DNA of 64,000 bases from contig JBQTHX010000018.1 of NCBI GenBank assembly GCA_052389415.1, positions 1 through 64,000 on the forward strand, given 5' to 3'. Source of the stretch: Nitrosopumilaceae archaeon. GTDB taxonomy: Archaea; Thermoproteota; Nitrososphaeria; Nitrososphaerales; Nitrosopumilaceae. The stretch's first letter is position 1; each line of letters begins with the position of its first letter. A model generated the notes under the pieces. The model did no database searches, was not told where the DNA came from, and saw nothing but the letters and a program-made list of their open reading frames with translations. Both the position numbers and the translations under genes were made by a program. Shown in pieces: positions 40,031-50,499 of this stretch.

Positions 40031-40930
40031 TTAATTGTACTGTGTAATACCAAAAAGAAAACTCAACACTAGTAAAACTCCAGTTATTCTACTATACAAT
40101 ACAAATGACCTCATTACGGGAACCATTTTTTCTATATTATCAAAATTTTGTTTTAATTGCAGTCCTGATTTTATTAAAAGTGGAATCGTGCATAATGTGA
40201 TCAAAGAAAAAATTGGCAAACTATGAGAAATAATGCCTGTTATGATTACGCCATATGCTATCGAAGGAAAGATCCAGATAATACTTGAAGCTCTTTTTTT
40301 TCCAAGTAAGATGACAAGAGTTCTTCTACCGCTGGATTTGTCAGCATCAAAATCAGGAAATGAATTTACGAAAAGCACCATTGAAGATAAAACTCCCAAA
40401 ACAATGCCTCCAAGGATTGATTCTCTTACAATTTCAGGTGATTGCACAAAATATGTTCCAAGTACAATCATAGTTCCCTTTATTGTGACAAACACTTCGC
40501 CCAAACCAGAGTCAACTATACGAGTAGAATAAAAGTAAATTGAGACAACCGCAAAGGCAAGTATGACTGCAATAGTTGTTCCATTTACAAAAATGAAATA
40601 GCCTCCTATGGCAGCACCAAAAATTAGGGCAACCACTCCAGCTCGGTATACGTCTTTTGGCTTTAGCAGACCTTCTGGCAAAATACCAGTGCCACCACTA
40701 AACTTTGTTTTTGTTGTCTTTGTATCTATATTACGTTTAAAATCCCAATAATCATTGAGCAGATCAACACTTGCATGTAATGCAATTACGCCCACAAGCG
40801 TTAGAGCTGCACTGATGACATCAATTGTCTGATGTTGCCACCAATTTATGGCAAGACCAAGAGCCACTGCAATTACTGATGAAAGTAGAAATCTGATCCT
40901 AATCACTCTAAGCCAAGCAGACAGCATCAC
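40031..40930 (-). CDS. UbiA/MenA-family prenyltransferase
   Basis: NDYWD...D and N..PD.DAD...GR.TL. Confidence 0.88.
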   Translation of the reverse strand: MMLSAWLRVIRIRFLLSSVIAVALGLAINWWQHQTIDVISAALTLVGVIALHASVDLLNDYWDFKRNIDTKTTKTKFSGGTGILPEGLLKPKDVYRAGVVALIFGAAIGGYFIFVNGTTIAVILAFAVVSIYFYSTRIVDSGLGEVFVTIKGTMIVLGTYFVQSPEIVRESILGGIVLGVLSSMVLFVNSFPDFDADKSSGRRTLVILLGKKRASSIIWIFPSIAYGVIITGIISHSLPIFSLITLCTIPLLIKSGLQLKQNFDNIEKMVPVMRSFVLYSRITGVLLVLSFLFGITQYN

Positions 40931-41334
40931 ACTAAAGACTCGTCACTTACACTAAGAGGTTTTCTTCCCATGAAACCTTCTTCTTTTCCATGCCAGAATT
41001 TTATCTCGGTTTCACCTTTTTTCCAGCAAAGAAATATCTCTTCATTGAATCTGATTGATGGAAAATCTAACAAACCCTCTTCTATACTTTTTATCAAGAC
41101 TCCGGTGCTTTCTAAATCTTCAATGGCTTTGTAAAAATTTGACATCACTGTATTAAGTTCCTGTTTCTTAATTACATAATCTTTAAAGTTTGACATGTAT
41201 TTTGGGTTTGTTTCCAACTCACTTTGGATTAGTAGTGCCTGATCCTTGAGGTTTACTATATCCTTGAATTTCTTAATCACGGCTGGCAGTATCTCATTAG
41301 CATCTTTTATCGTAAAATGTGAGAACATCAGCAA
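40927..41334 (-). CDS. DUF2203 family protein
   Basis: FT..AN..LP, GLLDFP, LCWK.GE....WH...GF.GR.P. Confidence 0.85.
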   Translation of the reverse strand: MLMFSHFTIKDANEILPAVIKKFKDIVNLKDQALLIQSELETNPKYMSNFKDYVIKKQELNTVMSNFYKAIEDLESTGVLIKSIEEGLLDFPSIRFNEEIFLCWKKGETEIKFWHGKEEGFMGRKPLSVSDESLV

Positions 41335-41394
41335 TTTAGCAAAATGGCCCAGTTAAAAGCATATTGTAAAAACTAAAATCATTTTTTGCAACTT

Positions 41395-42231
41395 TTATGA
41401 AGATGAGACCACTTCACCAATCATTCTTGATGCCAGATGTGAGGTTCTATCCTTAATATCATACTCAGGGCAAACCTCCATTAAATCCATTCCTGTGATT
41501 CCTCTATGTGCCAGTGATTTTAACAAATAGACAGCTTCACTATTTCGCAATCCGATCGGGACAGGAGCCGATACTCCCGGAGCAAACGCTGGGTCAATAG
41601 CATCCATATCAAACGAAACATATACCTTTTTTCCTACTTTCTCCAATATCTTTTTCTCGGTTTCTAACAAGCCAATTTTTAATATATCAAACGGAGTAAT
41701 TACTGAAAGATTGTATTTTTTTATATTATCGATTTCTTCTTGCTCTGGGGTTCTAATTCCTATCTGTATACTTGATTTCAAATCTATGAAGGGTAGCACA
41801 TCAAAAAAAACTGAGCCATAATAGTTTCTGGTCGAACTGATAAGGTCTGGATGAGCATCAAAATATACTAAAGACAAGGATCCATGCGCTTTGGAAATGG
41901 ATTTTATTATTTCAACAGTAATGGAATGATCCCCCCCAATAGCAATTGGAATTTTGGATTTTGAAACTATTTTGTTTATCACTTCAGCAATTTGGTTCCT
42001 TGAAACGTTTCCATAGTCAAACACCTTTTTTCTTATTCCTCCATACGGGATTCCTGTTGAAATAGTGCCATTTCTAAAGTATCTGTCCCTTGTTGAGGAT
42101 ATCTCTCGAATCTTGTCTGGTGCTTCCGATGCTCCTTTTCTGAGAGCATGAGATTTTGATTCATCAGGAATACCTAGGATAACTATATCAGATTCATCAA
42201 AATCCTCAGTATTTGCCCAACAGATGCTCAA
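41395..42231 (-). CDS. Arginase/agmatinase-family ureohydrolase
   Basis: GGDHS, DAHPD, SFDMDAIDP..APG. Confidence 0.9.
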   Translation of the reverse strand: MSICWANTEDFDESDIVILGIPDESKSHALRKGASEAPDKIREISSTRDRYFRNGTISTGIPYGGIRKKVFDYGNVSRNQIAEVINKIVSKSKIPIAIGGDHSITVEIIKSISKAHGSLSLVYFDAHPDLISSTRNYYGSVFFDVLPFIDLKSSIQIGIRTPEQEEIDNIKKYNLSVITPFDILKIGLLETEKKILEKVGKKVYVSFDMDAIDPAFAPGVSAPVPIGLRNSEAVYLLKSLAHRGITGMDLMEVCPEYDIKDRTSHLASRMIGEVVSSS

Positions 42232-43220
42232 CTTACGTCGCCTACAAGAACACGCTGATTTCTTCCTTTGCTTGATATCACAAGAGCTCCTTCCTTGTCA
42301 ATTTTGATAGCTTTTCCTTTGATGGGTCCGTGCTGAGATGTGACCATTATTGTCTTTCCAATAGTGGATGATCTACTTGTCCATTGTTTTGCAATATGTT
42401 CAGAACTCCCATCTAAGAACAAAGTGTACAATCTTTCAATCTCTGATAGAAATGTCTGCACTAATTTGACAGGATTAGCTTTATTTTTTTCATTGACAAG
42501 AGAAGCTACACCGTAATAGTTTCCTGTATTTTTGATGTTCTTTTCGATTTCTAATACATCGATTTTGAAATTGATTCCTACGCCTAAAATAAGATATCCT
42601 ATGTTCCCTGACTCTATAGATACGTCAATTAGGATTCCTGCTACCTTTTTGTTATTGATGGTCAGATCATTTGGCCATTTTATCTGCGGTTTGATTTTCA
42701 AAACCTTCTCAATTGAGACTGCAAGTGCAAGTGATGATATTATAGGAAAAAATGTAGATACAGAAACATCAAATTCTGGATGTAAAATTAATGACATCCA
42801 TATGCCACCTTCTGGAGACGTCCATTTCCTACTTAATCTACCTCTGCCTTGGGTTTGTTTTTGGGCAATTACTAAAGTCCCATTTTCTTGAGGCTTTGAT
42901 GCTATCTCTGCTGCAAAATTTTGTGTTGAATTGATTGTATCAAAGTAATAGACTCTTTTTCCCAAAAGTCTTGTTTCTAATCCGTCTCTTATTTCCCATG
43001 GTAAGAGCAACTCTGTTGTTTCTGTCAATCTATATCCAATCTTGGGTCTGGAATCGATCTTGTATCCAAGTAATTGAAGCTTTTTGATATGTTTCCACAC
43101 CGCTGCACGGCTAAGTTTCAAAGATTCGCTTATGTCTTGCCCCGATAAATAGTCTGATTTGTGAGACTTGAGAAGAGTGATTATCTTAACAAGAGAGCTG
43201 TTGTCATAAGATGTATACAC
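42228..43220 (-). CDS. birA: Bifunctional biotin ligase/repressor
   Basis: N-terminal HTH, QTQGRGR, KWPND, KVAGIL. Confidence 0.95.
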   Translation of the reverse strand: MYTSYDNSSLVKIITLLKSHKSDYLSGQDISESLKLSRAAVWKHIKKLQLLGYKIDSRPKIGYRLTETTELLLPWEIRDGLETRLLGKRVYYFDTINSTQNFAAEIASKPQENGTLVIAQKQTQGRGRLSRKWTSPEGGIWMSLILHPEFDVSVSTFFPIISSLALAVSIEKVLKIKPQIKWPNDLTINNKKVAGILIDVSIESGNIGYLILGVGINFKIDVLEIEKNIKNTGNYYGVASLVNEKNKANPVKLVQTFLSEIERLYTLFLDGSSEHIAKQWTSRSSTIGKTIMVTSQHGPIKGKAIKIDKEGALVISSKGRNQRVLVGDVS

Positions 43221-43234
43221 GAATAAATTCTATA

Positions 43235-43894
43235 TTACTCATTTAATAAATTCTGTATTCTACTTTCAAGGAGCCCATTTTGGCCAAACGAAACATCACG
43301 TAGAATACCTTTCTTGTCTATGAGAATGGAGGAAGGTGTTCCCCTTAAGGTATATTCTTCAAAAGTTTCGGCAGAAAATTCTTTCGATTTCAAATATTGT
43401 TTCACGCGTTCAATTAATTCTGTTTTTTGTTCCGAGTTATACGAATCAAAATCTGGAATATTTGCATTGATGACTCCCATTATGTCTTCGTTACTAATGT
43501 TTTGCGAGCCCTTTTTCAAAGAATCCATTGCTACGGGGAAAGGAATCTTGTACAACAGCTTTGTTCCATTAAGCTGTTTGTACTGCCCAAGTGCCTTTAG
43601 CGTATCGCCTATCGTTTCCCCAGTAGAGAGTAAAAGTTCTAAATTTTCCAATGTGTTTTTGTCAAAATCTTCAAAGGCAGTTGCTACACCAAGGACAGTA
43701 AGGCCATCTTTACGATACTTGTTATAGATTTCTATTGCTTCAGGAATTCCGTACAAGAAACAGCCTGGACAATTTACTTGAAAAACCTCAACTAGGATTA
43801 CATTGTCTTTTTCTTTATCGATATTTGTATGTAGTCCTTGAACCCATTTTGAGATTTTTAAATTAGGTGCTTTCTCTCCAATTTTTGCAGTCAT
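43235..43894 (-). CDS. Thioredoxin-like redoxin (TlpA/AhpC-like)
   Basis: FQVNCPGC, GTPS.ILIDK.G. Confidence 0.85.
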   Translation of the reverse strand: MTAKIGEKAPNLKISKWVQGLHTNIDKEKDNVILVEVFQVNCPGCFLYGIPEAIEIYNKYRKDGLTVLGVATAFEDFDKNTLENLELLLSTGETIGDTLKALGQYKQLNGTKLLYKIPFPVAMDSLKKGSQNISNEDIMGVINANIPDFDSYNSEQKTELIERVKQYLKSKEFSAETFEEYTLRGTPSSILIDKKGILRDVSFGQNGLLESRIQNLLNE

Positions 43895-43968
43895 AGATTG
43901 AACACTTTGTAAATTAGTTAAAAACGTAATTATTCATGAAATATTACGTGATTAGAATTTTTTATCGG

Positions 43969-44508
43969 TTAAAATCCAATATCTATGTCAAAATCTCCGC
44001 CGCCGCCGACATCAGAACCTCCATCACTGGCATCTGATGAGGCATCAGCACCACTGTCTGTTTGAGCTGGCATCTGCTCTGTTGGAATATAGCTGGACAT
44101 TGCCATTCCCATGAAACTCATCATGGTTGAAAACATGATTATGTCCAAAATGCCCAAAAACATCAATGATGGCAGAATCGATTTGTTATTGTCCATGTAT
44201 TGTTGCAATTTTTGTTTGTCTCCACCCTTCCACATTGTGACCATTTGGTCCCAGTTTTTTTGTAGTTCGAATTTCCTTTCTTGTAATTCTCGTTGGCCTT
44301 TTTCTGTTAAGATAATCTCTTTCTTTGTGCTAAAAAATCCTTTTTTTTCTATTACTCTGATTAGTCCCTTTTTATCAAGAGTCTCAAGTATCTCGTTTAA
44401 TTCTTTGCCTTCGATTTTTGTGGATCTTTGTATCTTGTCAAACTTATTATTTCCTCTGTTGATTGCTTCTAGAATTATTACATCTTTAGGATCTGATTCA
44501 GATTCCAT
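43969..44508 (-). CDS. Winged-helix (MarR-like) protein with C-terminal TM and acidic/Gly tail
   Basis: L..KGLI...LTEKG wHTH and a hydrophobic segment. ATG at 44508 is preferred. Confidence 0.7.
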   Translation of the reverse strand: MESESDPKDVIILEAINRGNNKFDKIQRSTKIEGKELNEILETLDKKGLIRVIEKKGFFSTKKEIILTEKGQRELQERKFELQKNWDQMVTMWKGGDKQKLQQYMDNNKSILPSLMFLGILDIIMFSTMMSFMGMAMSSYIPTEQMPAQTDSGADASSDASDGGSDVGGGGDFDIDIGF

Positions 44509-44581
44509 ATTGTAGATTTCTAAAATCTTCCTATAAACTGTTTGCAAAACAGAATATTAACCCAATCTATATAGACATTGT

Positions 44582-44992
44582 GTGGAAATAGATTCGCATA
44601 CTGACGACCAAATAAGAAATTTCTATTTATTAAAAAATATTGCAGTAATTGGTATGTCAAAGCATCCAGAAAAGGCCGCACATTTTGTACCAAAATATCT
44701 TGTAGATCAAGGTTATAACATCATACCAGTAAATCCCACGGCAGATGAAATTTTAGGCAGAAAGTGCTATCGTGAAATTAATGAAGTTGACGAACCAATA
44801 GATATTGTGGACGTTTTTAGACCTTCTGATCAAGTACTAGATTTAGTTAAAGAAGCAATAAAGAAAAAACCCAAAGTGATTTGGTTACAAGAAGGAATTC
44901 ATAATAAAGAAGCTGAAGATATTGCTTGCAACGCAGGCATTGAAGTGGTCTTCAATAGATGCATGCTGGCTGAGCACGAGAGATTATTTTAG
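44582..44992 (+). CDS. CoA-binding protein (YccU-like)
   Basis: IAVIG.S, PVNP, DIVDVFR, IWLQEG. Confidence 0.9.
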   Translation: MEIDSHTDDQIRNFYLLKNIAVIGMSKHPEKAAHFVPKYLVDQGYNIIPVNPTADEILGRKCYREINEVDEPIDIVDVFRPSDQVLDLVKEAIKKKPKVIWLQEGIHNKEAEDIACNAGIEVVFNRCMLAEHERLF

Positions 44993-45359
44993 AATGACAA
45001 ACGATTCATTCACAGAATTTTACAGATCTCTTGTAGAACTCGCAAAATCATTCGAAGAAACAAACAGACTAAAAATCCAATCAGATTTGGATTCTAATGT
45101 AATCAGAATATACGGTGAGAATGCCGACTCTTTAGCTTGTGCCAAAATCGGATTGGAAGAAGTAGTTGAGTTAGCTTATACAGTTGCTGAACATCACCCC
45201 TATTGGAATCTAGTATACAATGCATCACAAATTTCAAAACTTGCCCTAGAAAAGTGGAACGAAAATCTGACTAAGGAGGATCTTGACGAAATATCATGGT
45301 GCATAGAAGAGCTCAAAAACACAAGTATTAAGCTCAAAGAAAAACAGAACCATTGCTGA
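44993..45359 (+). CDS. Hypothetical protein
   Basis: ATG immediately after the previous stop codon. AEHHPYW motif. Confidence 0.6.
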
Positions 45360-45402
45360 ATTCCTTCGGCAGAGATAAATATTCAAATTCTAAAATTAGT
45401 TC

Positions 45403-46620
45403 ATGCCAATAAAGATTGGTCTGATTGGTAAGACAAACACTGGCAAGACCACCTTCTTTAATGCCGCAACACTTTCTCAATCAGAAATCTCCACTTATCC
45501 TTTTACAACAAAAAAACCCGAAAGAGCAAAGGCTAATGCTATCACCCCATGTGTTCACACAGAATTTAATGTTCAAGATCAACCACAGAATTCAAAGTGT
45601 AGCGATGGCTGGAGATTCATCCCAATTGAACTAATTGATCTTCCAGGATTGATAAAAGATGCATGGGCAGGCAAGGGACTTGGAAACCAATTTCTTTCAA
45701 TTGCAACTCAATCTGATGCATTACTGCATGTAGTTGATGTTTCTGGAAGTGTTGATTCATCAGGAAAAATTACGGATGTAGGCAACGGTGATCCAATTTC
45801 TGATGTAGCTGATATCGAAGAAGAGCTAATGATGTGGTACCTAAAACTCTTGGAAGGAAACAGGGATAAAATTTCAAAACTAATTAATTCTGATACAGAG
45901 CAACTTGTGGCCCTAACAGATGTGTTTAGAGGAATAGGGGTAAAAGAATCACATGTAAAAGAAGCACTCAAGGTTACCAATTTGGAAGACAAACACTTTG
46001 ACAACTTTGATATGCATGACAGCAAAAAATTTTCCTCATACCTAAGGCATATCTCAAAACCTACACTCATAGTTGCAAATAAGATCGACTTGCCAGGCGC
46101 AGACAAGAACTTTGATCGTTTGAGAGAAAAATATTTTGATACTATAACTGTACCAGCTAGCGCAGACAGCGAGCTATCTCTACGAAGGGCAGAACACGCT
46201 GGTCTGATAAAATATGTGCCAGGTTCTGAACAATTTGAGATACTGCAAAAGGATAAACTAAATAAAAAGCAAACTGACGCTTTGGATTTTATCACAAAGG
46301 ACATTCTTGGTGAATACATGCGAACAGGTGTGCAGTTTGCAATCAACGTAACAGTTTTCAAATTATTAAAAATGAATTCAATTTATCCTATTGCAGTGCC
46401 AGAAAAACTTTGTGATAAAAAAGGAAGAGTGTTGCCTGATCTCATTTTAATGAAGGACGGCTCTACGGTGGAAGATCTGGCAAAGGAAATACACACCGAT
46501 TTGACAAAAGGTCTTCTATACGCCAAAGATTTACGATATGGAGTGAGATTGCCTCCAAGTTATCAGTTGCGAGACAGAGATGTAATATCGGTAATTAGTG
46601 CGGTAACAAAAAAATCTTAA
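45403..46620 (+). CDS. Obg-family translation-associated GTPase (archaeal YchF-like)
   Basis: GKTNTGKTT, YPFTT, DLPGL, G.GLGNQFL, NKID, TGS domain. Confidence 0.9.
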   Translation: MPIKIGLIGKTNTGKTTFFNAATLSQSEISTYPFTTKKPERAKANAITPCVHTEFNVQDQPQNSKCSDGWRFIPIELIDLPGLIKDAWAGKGLGNQFLSIATQSDALLHVVDVSGSVDSSGKITDVGNGDPISDVADIEEELMMWYLKLLEGNRDKISKLINSDTEQLVALTDVFRGIGVKESHVKEALKVTNLEDKHFDNFDMHDSKKFSSYLRHISKPTLIVANKIDLPGADKNFDRLREKYFDTITVPASADSELSLRRAEHAGLIKYVPGSEQFEILQKDKLNKKQTDALDFITKDILGEYMRTGVQFAINVTVFKLLKMNSIYPIAVPEKLCDKKGRVLPDLILMKDGSTVEDLAKEIHTDLTKGLLYAKDLRYGVRLPPSYQLRDRDVISVISAVTKKS

Positions 46621-48008
46621 TTGTCTATTCCAATCTTTTCTTGTTTCATCCAAAGCGTTTTATGTTTATGATCAATTAACGTTATTCCCATATCTGAGAT
46701 CTGTGTTCTTATCTTGTCTGATTCTTTGTACTGTTTTTGATCTCTGAACATATTGCGTTTCCTTATTAACTCATTTATGGTTGATTTTTCTTCTTCAGTT
46801 ATTTTAGAAATCTTTAGGCCAAATATCTCAAGCATTCTTTCAAGTTCTGGTAACGCGATTTTTGAGATTGATTGTGTGAGTAGGTCTGCTGCTGCAATCC
46901 TGTTTATTTCTTTCACAAGTTTGAAAAATGCACCTAATGCCAATGGAGTATTAAAATCTGATTCTAATCCTTCATCAAACTCTTTTTTTGCTTCTGACAT
47001 TGTCTTCTGTATCTCGTCAATAGGACCATGATTATCGGTTAAAATCAATTCAAAATAGCAGTTTTCTACTTGACGCCATTTCACAATGGTCTCCCTGAGA
47101 AGCTCTTCAGAATAATCAATTGGTTTTGAATAGTGACCAGATAGACAAAAAAGTCTGATTATGTTTGGTCCCCAATGTTCAAGGACATATTTTACAGATT
47201 TTATATTCCCCAAGGATTTTGACATCTTTTCTCCGTTTATTGTCATCATCCCAGCATGCATCCAAATCTTTGCAAATTGTTTTCCTGTGTGTGATTCGGA
47301 TTGGGCAATTTCATTTTCATGATGAGGAAAAATCAAGTCTCTGCCACCGCCATGGATCTCAAAGTTTTCACCAAGATACTTCAAACTCATCGCTGAGCAT
47401 TCAATGTGCCAACCAGGACGTCCTTCACCCCATGGGCTAGGCCATTTTGGTTCTTCATTTGTAAACTTCCATAATGCAAAGTCAAGAGGATCATTTTTGG
47501 TTTCATCTATCTCAATTCTTGCACCCGATAACAAATCATCAATTTTTTTTCTAGAAAGTTTGCCATAGTTTTTGAACTTTACTACGGAAAAATAGATCCC
47601 ATTTTTTGAAATATATGCAAAACCTTTGTCAATAAGGTCTTTTATCAAATTGATCATTTCCTGTATATGTTCCGTAGCCTTTGGATGTACGTCAGCACGT
47701 TTGATGTTTAGTTTATCAAAATCATCAAAATAACGTGATATGTATCTTGAACTGATATCATTGGCACTTAGATTTTCCTGCTTTGCACGGTTTATTATCT
47801 TGTCATCTACATCTGTAAAATTCTGAATGAATTGTATTTTTCTACCTTGCGATTCTAGAAATCTTCTAAGAGTGTCAAACAAGATTATTGTCCTTGCATG
47901 TCCTATGTGACTCTCATCATACACGGTTACCCCACAAACATAAATCCTAATGATTCCAGTCGTATCAATTTCCTTCTCTGTTTCTGTTAAAGTATCAAAA
48001 ATCTTCAA
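46617..48008 (-). CDS. cysS: Cysteine--tRNA ligase
   Basis: CGVTVY..HIGH, GWHIECS, KMSKS. Confidence 0.97.
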   Translation of the reverse strand: MKIFDTLTETEKEIDTTGIIRIYVCGVTVYDESHIGHARTIILFDTLRRFLESQGRKIQFIQNFTDVDDKIINRAKQENLSANDISSRYISRYFDDFDKLNIKRADVHPKATEHIQEMINLIKDLIDKGFAYISKNGIYFSVVKFKNYGKLSRKKIDDLLSGARIEIDETKNDPLDFALWKFTNEEPKWPSPWGEGRPGWHIECSAMSLKYLGENFEIHGGGRDLIFPHHENEIAQSESHTGKQFAKIWMHAGMMTINGEKMSKSLGNIKSVKYVLEHWGPNIIRLFCLSGHYSKPIDYSEELLRETIVKWRQVENCYFELILTDNHGPIDEIQKTMSEAKKEFDEGLESDFNTPLALGAFFKLVKEINRIAAADLLTQSISKIALPELERMLEIFGLKISKITEEEKSTINELIRKRNMFRDQKQYKESDKIRTQISDMGITLIDHKHKTLWMKQEKIGIDN

Positions 48009-48023
48009 AATTTACACCGTTTC

Positions 48024-48812
48024 TTATAACTGGCAACATGTGGCAGTTATTCGCTTGTGTTCGCTTTTTTTGTATAATTTGTGGATTTTATCAACAATTG
48101 AGAGATCAACCTGCGCAAGATCTGCGGTTTCCTGTAATGAAAGATTCTTCTCTGTCATGCAATAAAGAACTAGATCAATTTCTTCGTAACTAAATCCTAT
48201 TTCATCTTCAGCTGTGTGACCCTGCCAAAGATTTGGACTGCTCTTCTTTGATATTATTGAGTCTGGCAATCCAAGAAATTTTCCAAATTCGCGTATCTGT
48301 GTTTTGTACAATGAAACTATGGGTAAAAGATCAGACGCCCCGTCTCCAAACTTTGTAAAATATCCAATCAAATATTCGCTTTTATCGCTTGAGCCAAGTA
48401 CAAGCAAGTTTTTAGAATTTGCGTAATAATATAAAATATTTGATCTTATCCTAGCTCTAAGGTTTCCAAGTGCTAGAGAATTTGGTTCAACGTATTTCGA
48501 ATATTCTGAATGTATAAGATTAATATCGATTAATTTGTAGTCAAATCCAAACCTGTCTATAATCTTGAGGGCGTCTTCGGCATCAGTTTGTGGTGTGACT
48601 TTGGAATCTGGCATGAGAAGTGCAAGAGATTTTTCTTTTAATGATACTGCACATAATGAAGCAATGACTGCTGAATCGATCCCGCCACTGAGCCCGAAAA
48701 TAAAGCCTGATGATTGTCTTTCTGAAACTTCATTTTCGAGAAATCTTACGATTTTGTTCTGAATTGTTTGGTAGTCTTTTTTGATAATTTCCTGAAGAAG
48801 GGCCTTATTCAA
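48024..48812 (-). CDS. nadE: NH3-dependent NAD+ synthetase
   Basis: GLSGGIDS, GN.RARIR, GYFTKFGDG. Confidence 0.95.
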   Translation of the reverse strand: MNKALLQEIIKKDYQTIQNKIVRFLENEVSERQSSGFIFGLSGGIDSAVIASLCAVSLKEKSLALLMPDSKVTPQTDAEDALKIIDRFGFDYKLIDINLIHSEYSKYVEPNSLALGNLRARIRSNILYYYANSKNLLVLGSSDKSEYLIGYFTKFGDGASDLLPIVSLYKTQIREFGKFLGLPDSIISKKSSPNLWQGHTAEDEIGFSYEEIDLVLYCMTEKNLSLQETADLAQVDLSIVDKIHKLYKKSEHKRITATCCQL

Positions 48813-48846
48813 TAATTCTTCAAGCTGGTTTTATGGAATTAAACCT

Positions 48847-49149
48847 TCAGACATCCACATAAATGCCATCATTTTTTAATTCTACTCTGTAGGTTTGTAA
48901 ATTTACTCCTTTTATGTAGTCTAATAATTCTCCCGTCTTGATGTTGTAATGCCAAAAGTGTAATGGACATTCTACTATGTCTCCTTCCAACTTGCCAGCC
49001 GCAATTGAGCCATCCTGGTGGACGCATATCGAATCTAAACCGTGGTATCCATTTTGGTTAAAGATGGCAATATGTTTTCCATCTACGATAAACTCCTTTC
49101 CTTCTCCTTCTGGCACTTCATTTTTTTCCGCAATTTTTTTCCAGACCAT
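48847..49149 (-). CDS. Rieske 2Fe-2S ferredoxin
   Basis: CVH...CPLH. Confidence 0.9.
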   Translation of the reverse strand: MVWKKIAEKNEVPEGEGKEFIVDGKHIAIFNQNGYHGLDSICVHQDGSIAAGKLEGDIVECPLHFWHYNIKTGELLDYIKGVNLQTYRVELKNDGIYVDV

Positions 49150-49227
49150 GTTTCACAGACCATTCCTTGGTCAATATTTACATTTTCATTTGATAGTATT
49201 TTATACTTCTTCAAATTGAGACCATCC

Positions 49228-50469
49228 ATGAGCAAAATAAAAGATCCACGTCTTGCTGAAAAAGGCAAACTATCTTACGAGTGGGCAAAAGATCACATGA
49301 AAATTCTCACAAATACTATTAACCGTTTGAAAAAATCAAAACCGCTAAGAGATATTCGAATAGGAATATGTTTGCACATTACTAAGGAGACATCAGTTCT
49401 GATAATGGGCGCAAAAGCATTAGGTGCCAAAGTAAGTGTGTGCGCAGCAAATCCACTTTCTACACAAAATGATATTTCTGCATTTCTTGCCTCTAATGAT
49501 ATAGACATTTATGCATGGGCAGGACAGACGTCAAAAGAATATGACTGGTGCATCGAAAAAATGCTTAGTCACAAACCACAAATTGTGACTGATGATGGTT
49601 CTGACTGTCACAGCAAAGTTCACAATGACAAAAAATTTTCATCCTTGAAAATTTTGGGCGGAACAGAAGAGACGACAACAGGAGTGATCAGGTTAAAAGT
49701 ATTGGCAAAACAGAAAAAGCTTCGATATCCTGTAATTGCAGTAAATGATGCATACACAAAACATATGTTTGATAATAGATATGGAACTGGCCAGAGCACG
49801 ATAGATGGTTTTCTTAGATCTATGAATCTTCTAGTTGCCAGCAAACGTGTTGTAGTTGCTGGGTATGGATGGGTAGGAAGAGGTGTAGCAACAAGAATGA
49901 AAGGAATGGGTGCCAAAGTCTATGTCACTGAAGTAGATCCAGTTCGCGCCTTAGAAGCACACATGGATGGCTATGAAGTTTTGCCAATGGAAGATGCAGC
50001 AAAAATCGGAGATTTTTTCATTACGGCTACAGGTCAGACTGGGGTGATAAGAAAAGAACACATTATGAAGATGAAGGATGGGGCAATTTTGGGTAATGTA
50101 GGTCACTTTGATGTTGAAGTCGATGCCAAGTTCTTACTTAATGAATCAAAAACAATAAGAGAAGTAAGACCGAGTCTAGATGAATGCTTACTTAAAAATG
50201 GAAAACGTATTTATCTAATTGGAAAGGGGAGGATTGCAAATCTTGTTGCTGCAGAAGGACATCCACCTGAAGTAATGGCACAATCGTTTTCAAATCAACT
50301 ACTTTCTATGATATATATCGCAAAGAATTACAAAAAGATAGGAAAAAAAGTGATAACTGTGCCATCCGAGATTGACAGACAAATTGCAGTTGATGCGCTC
50401 AAGGCGATGGAGGTCAAAATTGATAAACCTACATCATCTCAGATAAAATACGCGCATAGCTGGGGATAG
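49228..50469 (+). CDS. ahcY: Adenosylhomocysteinase
   Basis: EETTTG, KHMFDNRYGTGQS, GHP.EVM..SF. ATG at 49228. Confidence 0.96.
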   Translation: MSKIKDPRLAEKGKLSYEWAKDHMKILTNTINRLKKSKPLRDIRIGICLHITKETSVLIMGAKALGAKVSVCAANPLSTQNDISAFLASNDIDIYAWAGQTSKEYDWCIEKMLSHKPQIVTDDGSDCHSKVHNDKKFSSLKILGGTEETTTGVIRLKVLAKQKKLRYPVIAVNDAYTKHMFDNRYGTGQSTIDGFLRSMNLLVASKRVVVAGYGWVGRGVATRMKGMGAKVYVTEVDPVRALEAHMDGYEVLPMEDAAKIGDFFITATGQTGVIRKEHIMKMKDGAILGNVGHFDVEVDAKFLLNESKTIREVRPSLDECLLKNGKRIYLIGKGRIANLVAAEGHPPEVMAQSFSNQLLSMIYIAKNYKKIGKKVITVPSEIDRQIAVDALKAMEVKIDKPTSSQIKYAHSWG

Positions 50470-50499
50470 CTTAAATTCGTCCCGCGGTTTACTCAACTA